NCBI GenBank assembly: GCA_044892525.1
Contig: CM097885.1
Coordinates: forward strand, 44,888,001-44,952,000
Reading direction: 5' to 3'
Origin: Schmidtea polychroa
Lineage: Eukaryota
Length of the DNA: 64,000 nucleotides
The position numbers and the translations under genes were made by a program. Shown here one piece after another: positions 1 to 14,368 of the stretch; position 1 is the first letter of the stretch, and each line of letters starts with the position of its first letter. The notes below the pieces were generated by a model that searched no databases, had not been told where the DNA came from, and worked only from the letters and a program-made list of their open reading frames with translations.

Positions 1-367
1 CAATGTCACAACATAATTTTTGAATATAATTTTATTCATTTTTTCTCTCTTTTTATATAATTGGGCTGTGAAATTAGTATATTGATAATTAAATTGTTTT
101 TAATACTTTTTTGATGTTTTACAATATATATTCCTGATTTTTAACGAATTAACTCAAATTAAAAAAAATGTTTTATTGATATTTTACTTCATAGATATTA
201 GTTGAAAGTTAAAGTCTAAATCTTAATTTAAACTATAAAGATACACAATCACGTCTGAAAACAAAGATAATTTTTAACAAATTCCAATATTTTGAATTGT
301 CAGTGTAGCTTATAAATTGTTTTATTAAATTTTATAATTAGAATAGGAATAGAATTAAAAGCTTTAC

Positions 368-3300
368 CATTGAATCTCTCAATCAATACAGGCCCAGCTG
401 ATTTGATGAAATCTCTTATTAAATCGGGATATGTCAATATACACGTTTCCAAGCATTTAGCTGATGACCTTCGAACTTTCCATGACAAATCTTCATCATC
501 ACTGTACAAAAATTCTTCATTACTATATTGTCGTAAATAAATAAAAATCAATAGTTCAAAATATAAACTCTTCTTCGTTATCCTCCTCTTCTGCTGAGTC
601 CATATCTTCATCTTCATCATAATGATAATTTGGATCGTGTACAATTAATTTGAGCAGCATAGGCACAACTTTTTCAATATATAATCCCATTTCAGAACTG
701 CATTTACTAATCAGTGCTTCAAATGTTTGAAGAACTAGATCTTGTATTTCTTCATTTAGATTTATCAAATTCTGCAAAACCGGATATATTTGATGTATAT
801 GAGCTCCGGTTCTAGCAGGTTGTTTTCTAATTTTTTAACATTTATTAAAAGCTTTTTTATTTATTTTTTATTACAAATTAGGTTTTTTTTAATTTCATTA
901 AAAATTTAAATTCCTATTTTTATGTTCTAAAATAATTTCAGATAAATTTAAGAAATAACAATCAGATACTTTTTATTTCATAAATCAAACAAATAGCCCA
1001 ATTTTAATCCTTTCTAGCAAACTATTCGATATTAATTATTTTTTTAGTGAACATAAACGATTTAAGAAAAATATTTAATTTGTATCAAATTTAGGAATTT
1101 AAACTTCAAAATATCGGATAAATTAGAAATAAAATAGGAATCTAGCAAAAATTTCGATCTAGCAAAAAAAATCAAACCTCAATCATTTAAATAATACAAT
1201 ATTGATTATTCGTCAATCAAATTTCCGAAATGAAAATAAAGAATTTAAAGATAAAAAGAAAATTTAATGTATGAATATATCAAAACTTTTTGATTTTTTT
1301 AATCAAAAATAACCATTTTTTTAAATATGAATCGATGATATAGTTTTGCATTGCAAAATGTTTTTCAAGTTTTAAAATAAATATAAGTTAAAATATATAA
1401 ATATATCACTTATTTGCAGCCGGATTAGTGTATTATATGTGAAAATCAGTAATCCTAATTTAGTAAAACTAATTACTCATAATTTAATATAAAAGCTGTA
1501 ATTTATTATTTATTAATTTTATCGGATTCATGTCAGGCGGCAATCACTATTATAAATACTGCGAAAATTCCATCATTACCAATCAACGATTAAACTCCTA
1601 AGTGTCTTTCGAACTTTAATTTGGCCTTCGTCTATATCGTCTATATCCTATATCTCATGAATAAGCGCATGTCATTTTCATAAAGATCCTCAAATTTTCG
1701 TTCATAAATCACCACACTAAGTTCGTAAATCGCATAATCGAATTTGGGAATTTTTCTATATTCAGTCTTCTCTCTCTCTTTCTCCCATCTTAAAAATTCG
1801 TTTTTTTTTTTGAATTACGGTGTGAAATAGCTACCATAAGTAGTGCTTTTAGTGCTGGAAGTTTGAAACCATTACTCAAAATTTATTGGTGAAACTTAAG
1901 TGTTTATGGTAATACGATACATAGCAGAAACTATTTGTTATTGGTATTATTTCTCTAACAATATTATTTGTGGTTCATATAATTTAGTTTGAGTCAGATA
2001 TTTAAATAGAATCACAGGAGCCTCAGTAAAAATAATAAATGCGACTTTCCTTATTTATTTTGAAGGCATTTTATTGTCTGTGCAAGGCCAATTAAATTAA
2101 TAGAACCAATTATACAAAATCGATATTAATTAGTAAAGGATGATTCAAGTTTCAAATTTATTCAAAATGAGAATTTCCGACTATAAATGGCTCCCTTCAA
2201 TCAACAAATAAATTAATAGATTTTTTCAAAGTCGAAAATACTCATTTTTTGTTTTACATAAACATGAAACATGCAGTAACAGCTTATCATATATTTTATT
2301 AATTATCATTGTGAATTGATGATGTTAGCGGGAAACCATTATTTTATATTATATAAAAATCAATAAATTGTGAAAAAATTAAAAATTTTCAATTCATTAT
2401 ACAATTTGTTTTGTTTTTTTATTTCCACGCTATTATGCCTCTACAATTTCATGGTATGCTTTTTGTAGATTGAAAGTGAAAAAAATATAAAAATTCTACT
2501 AAAATAGCCATATTCCATAAATAGATTGGTTCAAAATAAAAATTTATATATTTACATAAAATAAATTACGATAAACAATTCAAAGGTTTAGATAGTAAAT
2601 TATAATTATTAGATAGTAAATTAGAAAAAAAATAATATCAGTAAAATATCTTTTTATCGTCGATCTTTTTTAGACTATCGATTAATATTTTGTTTTATAT
2701 TATTTAATACGAATTTTCAGCAGTTTTATTGAAATTTTTGTAACAAAAGGGATTTGTAAACACTGTTGAAAAAATCATGCTAATTATAAATTAAAATATC
2801 GATCTATAGTCTAGAGAAAATGGAGACAATGTAAAATATAATTTTAAAAAGAAATGATTTTTATTTCAAAATTTCAAAAAGTGGTAGTATTTTGAACGAT
2901 AACTTCTCAAGTAAAAGCAAATTTCACGGGGAAAAGTTTGTTTTTAAATGTTTTTAATCATTTTTTAAATAGCTTTTTTTTAATTTTCAATTAATTTAAG
3001 AAATAAGTAGGTGTCCTTACGTGAGAACGCCGATGCATTGAATTAAAGACTTTAAATCTTCTTGCTTAAGATCATTTTCTTTAAGATAAGCCAATTTGCC
3101 CATGATGAAAGATATAAATTCACTGAAAAAATCCGGTCCAGTGACACTTATTAAAGAACCAAAACAGGCTATCGCTCTTTTTCTAACTGATAGTCTTGGA
3201 TTAAATAATTGATGCTGACAAGCAATGAATATAGCTTTTAAATCATTTGCAGGTAATCGCATACCTAATCTGTAAAATTGAATTAACCAGCGTACTTGTA

Positions 3301-6300
3301 AAAATGAAATATTGATAATTTATTGTCTTAAAATGCATACAAATCAAGGGTAATTTTCGTTTATTAGTTTTTTTGAAAATTGCGTTGTGTTAATTCCGTA
3401 AATAGTTAAATAATTTGTAATCTTTCTAGGTTTTTAATCCTTTGAACCCTCAGGCATTGATTGTACAAGTACACTAACCTTGTGCTCCTGATTAATTTTT
3501 GACCCAAAAATAATATTTGAATAAAAATGTGATTTCAAACAAAAATCAATTTTCAACTTAATTTTTTTAGTTTACTACACAACTTCGTGTAGTATATAAA
3601 AAATTTTTATTGTTTATAAAAATAGTTATATAAGAATAATAAGTGAATAATTAATTATTAAAGGTAAAAACATCAATTTATCTCTAGAATTCAACTTTGG
3701 AATGGCATATATCATAAATCCATGTGCAATATTTTCAGAATGTATATAAAATTACTAGCACATCTGTACACAACAATCTCGATCTAGGAATACTTTCGCA
3801 TAAGTTCTGTCTCGTCCCTTAATGTCGTTAATGAGGCAAAAAACTTTAGTCTTGGTATTTTTCGTCGTGGGGCAATGATGAAATAGCGTAATTATGAAAA
3901 ATAAATATGTAATGCTTTTGGATGATGAGAATTTGTTAAGGAGTGTTATCTGTAAAGGGTATGGAGTACAAATTTTGTTGCATTACTCAGAAAAACGTTT
4001 TGGAAATATCAATGACTTCACCGAAAATAAAGTATTAACATCTATGAGAGTCAAACAGCGTAAAACTGATTTTAAAATTTATTTGAACTTCTTTTTAAAA
4101 TGTAAAATTTTCATTTATATCAAATATAATGTGCATAATGTCAACTGAGTCGTAAGTCATTGTATAATTACGTCACGCTCGTTTCCTTGAAGTTGTATTT
4201 TGTAATGTACCGGTTAGATCAAAAGAGTTCTAATTGTAACCATGTTCCACTGCTACAGTGATGCTAATACTTTGATTAGACGATTATGACTACCAAAGCT
4301 TCTATAGCAAGCTCCCTGTCAGACTAGATGGTGGTTTAATAAAATGTAACATATTACAGCAAGAATGAATATAAAGAATGAATATAAGTGTATGAATATA
4401 AAGAAACTGTTTTAACTGTCTGGAAATTTCGTGAACAATAAAATGACGTCATGATTGGTAGGTGGGTCTATACTCTAGAGAAATGTGACCAATAATGACA
4501 GGGTGGTTCAAAATAGTAATTTTTGGCGTGACGTAATTATGTAATAACCACTAAGGAAAATTTCGAATATTCAAATCTTTTTCAAAGCATTGCTTTTGTC
4601 TCATTCTATGTTCCATATACGAAAAACATTGTCTCAGTTTAAACAATAAGATAAAATCATGAACTTGTTTAAAATGTAATATTTATTTTGGATCTGTTAC
4701 AGGGCGCTACGTAATTTATGAAAACTACTTAACACGTCAACCCCAAGCTAAATTTTATTAAATGTCCTTCTGGGTCATGGTAATTTTATTAAATAATTTA
4801 GATACTTCACGCGAAAGAAATGTAATGTTTTGTTGCTAAAGAAATTTTCAGGTTTATATGACTGACATGGATATGTATGAAATTTATTTCTCTATAAGCC
4901 GTGTCAGTCATATACGTAAGACACGTTCAAACATGGTTCGACGAGTGTTAGCCGATACATTATTTAATAAATTGTGTGTAATAGACCTATCATTTGGCTG
5001 ACGAAGAGCAGGTGATTGCTGGGACTATTTCTTTTATAATTTTTTTTCAAAATATTTACAAATTATGGCAAAAAGAAAGGTTCTAAGTGAGATATTGAAA
5101 GATATTGCTGAAAATTGGAATATCTCCAATAATGAGAACAAAGATTTTAGTTCGGATGATTCATCAAACTATACTTATTTGTCGTATAAAAAGGAAAACA
5201 ATCTTCAAGAAATTCTTCGAAAGTTGGAGTTGAAAGAAACTATATAAGTATTTAAAAATAACGAAATACCGGAAGGTGAACAGCTTGATATTAGTGATGT
5301 AGATTGGAGCAATTATGAAGGTATTTATGAAAGTTTTAATTTCATGGGAAAATTTAGTTTACAATTAGATTTGTCATCAAATATTTCTGTTTTGGATATG
5401 TTTTCACCGCTTCTTGATGATTATAAAATATATTGTTAGTGAAATAAATATATACGCTGAACAAACAATTCAACGTACTCGAACTCGTCAGTCGTCTAAA
5501 TAAATGGACTCCAACTAACGCTCAAGAAATTATTTTTTTGGCCTTTTTTATTGGATGGCCTTTTATTAGTGCAAATGGGAAATATAACTTCAACCAAACA
5601 TATTTTCAGAAATAACATAGCCCCAAGTGTTATGTCCCGAAACAGATTTGAATTATTATTACGCTTAACATTTCTGAAATAATGAAAACATTATTCCTGG
5701 CGACAGACTAATAAAAATTAAAACGCTGTTAGATTTGCTATAATCCAAGTATAAAAATGTATACCTAAAAAGGGCACAAGTAAGTAATGTGGGCAAGTAC
5801 TTTGTGGGTAAGCAAAAATCTATTCGTGTCAATCTGAGATTTTTGATAACTGCAAAAGTCGATGAGAATCTTTTAAGAATCTTTTTAGACACTCGAAATG
5901 TTAGATTATTGACAACAAAACGTTCCTCCATACACGGTAGATATAAACGAAACTTTTGCCAGTACAAGCAGTAATAAGAATAATAAAAAGCCACTTCCGA
6001 TTTGCGCTTATAAATAAAGGTAAAGGAATAAATATTTCGGATCAAATATATTCTTATGATACTACTCTTAGAAAACGAATAAAATGGTATCGCAAGTTAA
6101 CGATTGAATATTTGCTTGGAATATCAATCTTAAATGCTTATATGACATTTAAAATCTCTGCGAAAAGCAATATAGGAATTAGACAGTTCTGTGAAAATTT
6201 GGTCACGGACATGCTCAGCTTAGGTTTGGGCATGACTAAAACCCCAAATAACTTTAATCCATACATTAAAAACAATGTACGATTCTGAAAGAAAAAAAAT

Positions 6301-9300
6301 TAAATGAATGTATGTTGGATCTTACGCCCAAATAAAACAGAAGGTTGATAAGTGTCGGTGAGAAAAAGAAAAAAAGTTTCAATTTATTGTTTGGACTGCA
6401 AACAACATCCCTTCTTTTACTTAGATTGTTTTGGACCACATAATAAATCAATATAATTCTCTTTATCACAGTGTAAATTATTGAGATGCATTTTTTATGT
6501 AACAATTTATGTAACCAATTTTATTTTGTTTTTTATTTTTATTAGAAATCCAAGCAATTTTTCAGGTTTCTTTCCTACTAGGTCATGCTTTCAAATGATA
6601 AAGTTAATTTGTACTTAGCGTCGAACACCTGTGACTGAGGTGGCTTTCTACAAAATCACATCTGTCGTACATCTATGTCTGATATTAGTCGATTAACGTG
6701 TTAATATTTCATACTTACTGTTAGATTGTATTAATCAAAACATTTTCGCAGCAAGAATTATAGATTTTTACATATAAACATGTTAAACAATTATTATAAA
6801 TACGTAATTAAATATGAAAAAATAATAAAGTCAAAATTGGATTTTTTTGGTTTAATATACAAAATGGTGGACATTTTTAAATATATTTTAAATAGAAGTC
6901 ATTCTAAAAAAAGAATAGAATCGAACTAAGCAATCCGATGTGATTACTATGTAATTAAAATGTGAAATATAGGCGGCATCCAAAAACTTTAGCATATAAA
7001 TTGACTATTACCGCATACAGGCTGAAATTTTTTATATAAGCAGAGCGTTTATGTAAAACGTTGATCCACTAAAATATTTACGGCAATCATTGTAATAAAA
7101 GAGCATGTTTTTTTATGTCAGCTATTCTACAATTTCAAAATTTGCTTATAATGTATGGACTTGTTTTGTTAGCGTTATTTTTATCAAATTCCAAAATCTT
7201 GATTGTCGCGATATTATTTTGTAAGGAGTGTTTTTTTAATGAAAATACAATGTATTAAAAAAATTTAATTGGCGACTTCGCTTATTTTATACGAAACTAC
7301 AATTTTTATCGTTAAGTATTTTCCTGATTCAGTATATTTCACTGAAGTCGATTTAGTAAACAATATTTGTATATAAAAACAATCTTAACAGCTCGTCTTT
7401 GTCCAGTGGTATTCCAATGAGGATTTCATTAAATAGTATGGCAGAATATAAACTTAAAAACAACATACTAAAAAGAAGTTTAAGGTTTTATGTAGATATA
7501 ATTTGAACATGCTGAAATTATAAAAATGAAGAAAATAAGTTGGAATTCTTGGCAGTCATACATCTAATAATGTATATCTATTTTCATTTAAGATTTAGAT
7601 GTCTAGAATAAAATAGAATAAGTACCACTTAGATATAAATTGTTTATTACTCTAAAATTAGAAAAATTAATAATCGTTGTACAATTCTATGTAGGAAAGT
7701 CCACAGATATTTAAAAAAATTATCGTCGGTATGTGAAAGCACGACCAAAACCAAAAACCTCAAGGCGTAAAAAGATATAAATACATAACTACTCAGACTT
7801 AACTATGAAAGTGTATGTGAACTAGAATAAGTTATTCAAATCTTACCTGATAGCATAGAAGGAATAATCGGGCCAATACCATAGTGTTTTATGTGTAGAA
7901 ATTATCGATTTTTAGTATTTACTATTTAAAGCCGCCTGGTTTAAAATGTTTCTTTCCCTTTTATAATATATAATTGGCTTTACATTGCCAGGGGAGGTGA
8001 TAATGTAGGAATCACTAGTTCTTGAATTTATTTCGAAATATAGTGAATGTGGTAAATAATAATGGAAAATATCTATAAAGGTTACTTATTTTGCTTAATC
8101 GTTAATTTTAATTCCAATTTAAAACTTTTATATTCTTTGGGAAAACCTCCCCTGTGCAATTCAAATGAAAGTTTTAAATTATTCGTTATAAGACTGTGCT
8201 ATAGAAAAGACTATTTCACTTCATATGAATTTTAATTCGCTAAGGGTTGCACACTATGAGACCTAGATTTTATAGCTTGATTAGATAATGAATAACTTTT
8301 CAAAAAACGTGCTTCAGTTACCAAAATGAGCATTTTTGATGATCCGTAATAGACGCATATTATTATATAACTTTAATTTTTCATGTTTTCAGCTTCCTCG
8401 AAACTTATTTTGTATATTCTTGATTATGAAGGTATTGGTATTTGAATTATATACCCACAAAGCTATTTGCATACCTTTGCAGCTATTTTTATCGCTCAAA
8501 TTCGCATATTTTACTAAAGACATTGTGTTGGCTGTTGTGGTGGTTCGTAATCTTCAACATTGCTACAATCATTATTTTCAGATCATGTTGTGAAGCTGAT
8601 ACAATATATTTCATCATTGATTGAAATGAATGTAAAGTAGAGGATTTCTTGATCTTTGATGGATGAAAAGTTTCCAATTTAGTATGCTCACTTCTTGACT
8701 TTCAACTTGCTTTTGATATAAAACTTTATTTTTCAGACTGAGCCATTCACCATCTTGATTCGTTATATCAAAATTATTTGAGAAAAATATCATTGCATCT
8801 TCATCAGCAGGATATTTAATGAAATCTTCATGATTAGCTATTACTTTCTCTACTTTTCTTTCCATTGCTATTGTTGGAAAATTGAATTTTCTCCATAATT
8901 CTGGCGATTCTTGCGCAACCGTCTGAAACTTTACTTTTCTGCTTTGCTTTGCTTCACCCAATGCATTACATCTTCCAATGATGGCATTTTATTTTGGAAT
9001 TCTGCACTGATTTATTAGAAGGTTTTTCATTATTGGAATGTTTCTCTTTGTGAAATGCAACCAAATTTTCTTCCTACACATTGGCATTTTCTTTTATAGA
9101 AATACGGGATTGCTTGAATAACATGTTACTGATTTCAAAACTTGTTAATTTATTTAACAAAACAATATCCCATATTTAAGTAAATAGGAAACTAATTAAC
9201 ATACTAGAATGTTTATATTTACAAGTTTGTCGGAAGTCAAAGTATTTTGTACGGCAAATGGTTTATATAGATTAACAGAAATTAGTATGAACTAACTTTA

Positions 9301-10947
9301 CAATAAAGTTTTCATTTCATTGATTTCTTAAAAATATTTTTCAATCAAGCATGTTAAAATTGCCACTATAAATAGTATTTTTGTCGATTATTTACACCAG
9401 GGGTTCCCAATCATTTTTTTACGTACCACCTATGTTTTCTTTGCCTAATAATACCTTGTAAAAGATGTGAATTGTTGTTCTGTATTTAAATTAAAGAATT
9501 TGAAAATGTTTTGGCGAACCACCTATCACCTATTCGCATACCGCTATTGGGAACCGCTGATTTACAGTGTAAAGGCCTTGTTAATGAAGGTCAGAAGGTT
9601 TTGGAAAACGAATATGCTAAAAATGTGTGACAAGTTCAAGGATTGTGCAGATGAGGATGAATAAATCAATTAAATCGAAATCTTGAGTTAATGCAATAGT
9701 ATCCCTATTACCTACAGAAATATTACGGTAGTTTTATTTTCAGTGTATTACCACTTAAAAACTCTTGATAATGATCAGCGTTTTTCAACCGCTGGTCCGC
9801 GATCCAATATTGGGCCACGAAAAAATAAAATTGATCCGCGTACAAAGAATATATAGATTTTTGGTCCGCAGTACATTTTGGGTTGAGTAACACCTATACA
9901 GATGATGCGTACGTTTTTCTGTTCATGTTCATTTAATGTTAAAATGAAATCACAGATTATTGTTTAAGCTGAGGAGTTTTATGTGAAAAAACGCATGAGA
10001 ATTTTGAAATATGAAAAATAACGTAATTAAAAAACTATTCGGATGAAATCTTTAAATAAGCATAATTTATAGCAAAATTAAATAGTCAATGTAGACAATT
10101 AATAAATAGACTCATAGTTAAATTAATTAAATATTATAACATTTAAAAATATTGCAGTTTTATTTGCAATAATTAATATTAAAAATTCATAAATTACCAA
10201 AAATTAATTTAATAAATCAAATAATTATTTAATATTAATTGCTTCATAAAGATTTAATTGTTTACCTGACAATAACTTCGCACATTATGTCAAACGCTTC
10301 CATTTGTCGTAATCCGCCACCATCAGATTGATCCATCAATTCAATTAATGGTTTTGGTATTTCTTTAATTAATATAGATATTACACCATTTTCCGATAAT
10401 GGAGTATCAGTAATAATTGTTTTAAGACCTTTGATTACAAATTTTTAAAAATTTAATTATATTCCGAACTAACCAATTGCACAAATTCCGCACATATTGT
10501 CATTATTTAACTGAATCATTTTTACAGTTAAATCTCGAATTACATTAACAACATTTGGCTCTTTAATTTTTCGAACTAAATACGATAAACTAAAAATATA
10601 TTGAAATCTAATTTTTATTGTTTGCAAAATACCATTTAACAGTCTGATTTTGTACTTCTAAATTTTGATCTTCTAAAAGTCTTAAAACTTCTTTAGTTAG
10701 CTGTTTTTATCATATAAAAATTAAATATTAAACTACAATAGAAAAATCAAAACCTTTCGTTCACTATCACTGTCCAACCTTAGCGAATCATTTTGCAAAT
10801 CCGAAATTAGATCATTTATAGCCATAAATCGAAAATCTTTATCCAAATTGTTCATCTACTAAAATAAAATGGATTCGAAAAAATAAAATATACTTTTTCG
10901 ATTAACGTAGAAATATGATAAGGATTATTAAAAGACGTAGATGTCAT
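368..10947 (-). CDS. CAND1: Cullin-associated NEDD8-dissociated protein 1, 5' part (exons 1-8; gene continues beyond the left window edge)
   Basis: Exons (minus): 10947-10894, 10855-10754, 10700-10633, 10589-10474, 10428-10266, 3269-3021, 826-569, 522-368, all GT-AG and phase-consistent. Translation [34 protein letters not shown]...[10 protein letters not shown]...[10 protein letters not shown]...HDPNYHY...[19 protein letters not shown] matches CAND1 hallmark motifs ([25 protein letters not shown]; YSDDDDMSWKVRRAAAKCL). The next exon was not found in 1-367. Confidence 0.95.
4733..6700 (+). mobile_element. Degenerate piggyBac (PGBD4-like) DNA transposon in CAND1 intron 5
   Basis: Flanked by TTAA (4729-4732 and 6701-6704) with imperfect CACGT..AA terminal inverted repeats. 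Broken transposase frames include [36 protein letters not shown] and a C-terminal Cys-rich remnant ([10 protein letters not shown]). Many stops and frameshifts. The left boundary is less certain. Confidence 0.85.
8489..9095 (-). pseudogene. Decayed intronless ORF, possibly a Sina/SIAH-like RING E3 ligase remnant, nested in CAND1 intron 5
   Basis: One frame reads [46 protein letters not shown]...[21 protein letters not shown] with a single in-frame TAA. By eye it resembles SIAH CPTCR...RNLAMEKV and EDIVFLATDINLPGAVDW. Similarity is weak. Confidence 0.35.
9398..9559. mobile_element. hAT-type MITE (162 bp)
   Basis: Terminal inverted repeats caggggttcccaa / ttgggaaccgctg; 8-bp target-site duplication atttacac / atttacag (7 of 8 match). 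Confidence 0.85.
9776..9895 (+). mobile_element. hAT-type MITE, copy 1 of a family
   Basis: Begins cagcgtttttcaacc and ends ggttgagtaacac; core aaaaataaa.ttg.tccgcgtacaaagaata is shared with 15734-15906. Confidence 0.75.
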
Positions 10948-11874
10948 TATAAAATATTTTCAATGGTGTTTCAATGGTGTCAAAATTTTCAAATTTTCAC
11001 AAAGTTAAAACAATGAGTAAAATTTAAATTTATTTATTTTTGAAATTAAATAATTTTATAAAATTATAAAATCCTCAAATATAATAAATAATAATTCGAA
11101 AAGTATGTATAAAAATTTACGTATAAAACTTCCTTTATATTGAATTGTTTTAAGTATTAATTAGCATCAAATACTTAAAAAGACACTGTAAGGATTAAAA
11201 AACAACAATCATATTGGCATCTATGGATGGCAGAAATCCATCCCGTAGGCAACCTCATTTTTATATCGGCATTGCAACTTCTGGACACCGACTAACTTAA
11301 TGATTTTTAAGATGGTACTTGATTAAAATAGTAAAAATAACGGAAAACTGGAGTTGATAAATTTGAAATATGTCGAAAAGTTAAGTTTCTAAACTAAAAT
11401 GACCTACTTAAGTTCCCATTGCAAAAGCACATAACATTATTTTCGTCGCTTGGCACCCGCTGATAATTACCGTGGGTAATGTGTTGCAAATACCTGGTAC
11501 TACGCTTTATCTGTTAGTTGTCAGCAAATGGTAAGCCCCGTCGCAAGGACTGCTAATGCCCTAACGAGCCTCTGGGTTCATGGGTTACCGTCCAAGGTGT
11601 CGTGCCCCATTTTCCCTTGTTTCTTCACCACTTTCTACATTTGTTTCCCTCAGTCACTGTGATTTATCTTGGATTCTTATGTTGAACTTTTGGAAAATGA
11701 ACTTTAACTAATCAAAAATGCGAGATTAAGAATAACCTCCCCTCCCGAATTATCTGCCATTCCGCGAATATGATATATTGTAGCTGCTCACATTTATTCA
11801 GTAAAATATATTGAATCTAATTTAGTCAGATTTATCTTCTATTGAGATATTTTCTAAGATTGTAGATTCTCGTT

Positions 11875-12749
11875 GGTCGTAACAGAAAATAGGTACATTA
11901 GGTTCGATGGGTAAGTACTCGATCTAACACAATTCACAAATCTGACTCCAATTAATTTACTATAGCGTGTAGGTAATTTAAATAAATAAACAACAAATGT
12001 GATTTAAATATTTATTTTTCAATTAAATATTTTACAAAGTTATTTGATAACAATAAAACTGATTGCTTTCTAAAGAAAAGAAAACGGTTATACAAACCGC
12101 CCTAAAATTTATTTCTAAGGATCAAAGCTAGCTCTAAATGCGCCAATATCCCGATACAGGTGATAAAGAAAATAAAATAACTATATAAAGGAAAACTGGT
12201 GGACATGGAAGGAAAAGAAAAATTAGAGACAAAGTGACGCGAAATTGAAAACGATTGAGAGAAAATTTGAGATACGATTTGAGAGATAAAATTATTGGAG
12301 AAAATTAGACGTTGGACGAAACGTTGTTGGACAAACGATTGTCAAAAATAATTGTAAAGTAAATAATTGTGGAAAATAATTATTGGAGAAGAGTTGGAGA
12401 AAAGAATTAGTTGAATAATAAAACAAAAAGAATTTATTTGATTATTTGAATAAAGTTTGAAATAAAGTCAAAGAAAACAACCAGCTCAAAAATCCCAGTT
12501 TAGAAACCAATCAGTAATTTGTGATCTTTTAATCCGGTGTTATACACAAGTGCTATTCCTCACTGAGTGTTGTAATAAGCATTGTATAGTCACCAAGCAG
12601 AGTGTTGAATTTATTGCCAGTGTAAAGAGACATATTATTTGTGATTATCAATAAAGATTTCTGTTGTCAAGTGTTATTTGTGAATCGGTTCAAGACACGC
12701 TTGGAGTCAGAGTAACCTTTAAAATTATCACCAACTCAATAACCCAACA
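11875..12749 (+). mobile_element. Solo-LTR-like repeat, copy 1
   Basis: Purine-rich interior, AATAAA at about 12651, and 3' segment cacgcttggagtcagagtaa...tcaccaactcaataacccaaca, closely similar to the minus-strand copy ending near 37368. The 5' boundary is approximate. Confidence 0.5.
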
Positions 12750-13049
12750 ATTTATTTACCCCGGATTATTGCAGGGGTGAATTCGTTTAACTATCTAATC
12801 AGTCGATTTTCAATGCGCCCCGAGTTTCCCATTACAGAATAATTAAGTTTAACTAATTTGTTTTTTCGTTTTAAATTTCCCTGTGAACGTCTTGTGATGT
12901 TAATGTTTTACGTATAATTTTTTTAATGCAATTATAAATTTTACTAAATAATTCAATTCGTGTAATGGCCCCAGAGATCCAACAAAAGGTTCTATATCGC
13001 AATTCTCTATAGTAGTAATTTACTAATTTTAAAAAATCGAAAAAAAATT

Positions 13050-13420
13050 GACAAAAAAATTAGACTTGGTAATTTAGAAGAATAGAATAACAGGACAGAA
13101 ACTAAAGTAAAACAGTATAAGGAATCCCATTATCTGATCTAACTGTAAAAGAATATTGCAAAATCATCCAAAACAATTCCGAGAAAGAAAGTTACCTTCC
13201 CCATTATCGTAGGAAGAATTATAAGAAATATTAGAAAATTATTACAAACCCAATTTTAGAAAGAAGCTCGATCTAAAAACGAAAACATTCTATAAACTGT
13301 GAAGCGAACAATTTAAAAACGAATACATTCTATCTACTGTGAAATTAACAAAGCCATATAATATATCCTGACAAACCAAGAGAAGTGGATTAAAGAATGA
13401 ATTCCGTCACGAAATAATCT
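13050..13420 (+). mobile_element. Possible Penelope-like (GIY-YIG end) retroelement remnant
   Basis: Broken peptides such as KVTFPIIVGRIIRNIRKLL and a degenerate segment near 13330-13385 resembling the YxIxC...YIGQTxR motif. Weak. Confidence 0.25.
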
Positions 13421-14368
13421 CAGGTCATTCAATAATTTTATATTATTAATAAAAGTTACACTCGTTAATGTTTCCGTTTTGAATTTTTTGTATTTTATAT
13501 TTGGAAATTGTTAAAGTATATATAACTTAACACACACACACACACACCCTAGCAGGCCCGAAACAGGAGACTCTGTTAGTTTCTGACAAACCTTCCTTTG
13601 CACATCGTAATTAAATTTTATGACCCATAACAGCTTTATTAAATTTTCATTATATTTTCTGAATTTTCCTTCCATTTAGCGTTCAACCATACCCGTTTCT
13701 CCCGTTCAGTATTGATTTTCGATTTTCAGTAAATTTTAATTATATTTATACTTTTAACAATATTTATTATACTTTGCTTTTATCTATTTTTTGGTTTTAA
13801 TACTAACCCCAACAGGAGGTATTTGTTCGATTTAATTTATTTTTGGTCCCATATTGATTTCCCTATCAATATTTGGAATGATTGTTAATAAGATTTTATT
13901 TGAAGTCTATAACATAGAACAAGAAAGTTCGACCGATATTCTTCGCAGTGGACGTCTTCTCTCACGCATCCATTCTAAAGCGGCTAGGGATTCTTTGCCT
14001 ATGATATCTATGAACACCGCTCGTAACTGTCGATCCCTGAAATCACAAACACACATATCTGCACGCCGTAAGCAATGTTTTAAAATCAAAATCTTATCGA
14101 CAGACAAACTTTAGCATTATTTTAAATTTTATTCTTGTACTGACAGATTGTAAGTAGTTAAGCTGACATACATTGGCATTTGTACATAAATTAAAATCGG
14201 TAATTTTTAAAAAGTTAACCGCTAAAATTAAATTAATCATTAATAACACTAGTAAAAATTAATCGATTCAATAATATGAAAATTAGACACTAAATAAGTA
14301 TTTAAACAAAACATTTTATTAAACATCTATTATCAAATAATCTAAATAATTTAAAATTCTCAATAAAA

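Noticed and set aside
195-290. Possible next CAND1 exon after the tttcAG acceptor near 256
   Set aside because: The in-phase translation hits a stop quickly and lacks the expected EREENVK motif; the exon is probably outside the window.
3894-4148. 84-aa ORF in CAND1 intron 5
   Set aside because: No recognisable motif or splice support; probably TE debris or a chance ORF.
8989-8991. In-frame TAA within a long frame, suggesting stop-codon reassignment
   Set aside because: No confirmed host exon contains an in-frame stop, and host genes end in TAA or TGA; ordinary pseudogene decay explains it.
11420-11650. GC-richer segment as a possible tRNA, SINE or ncRNA
   Set aside because: No cloverleaf or A/B-box pair recognised; it may be a retroelement UTR but cannot be supported.
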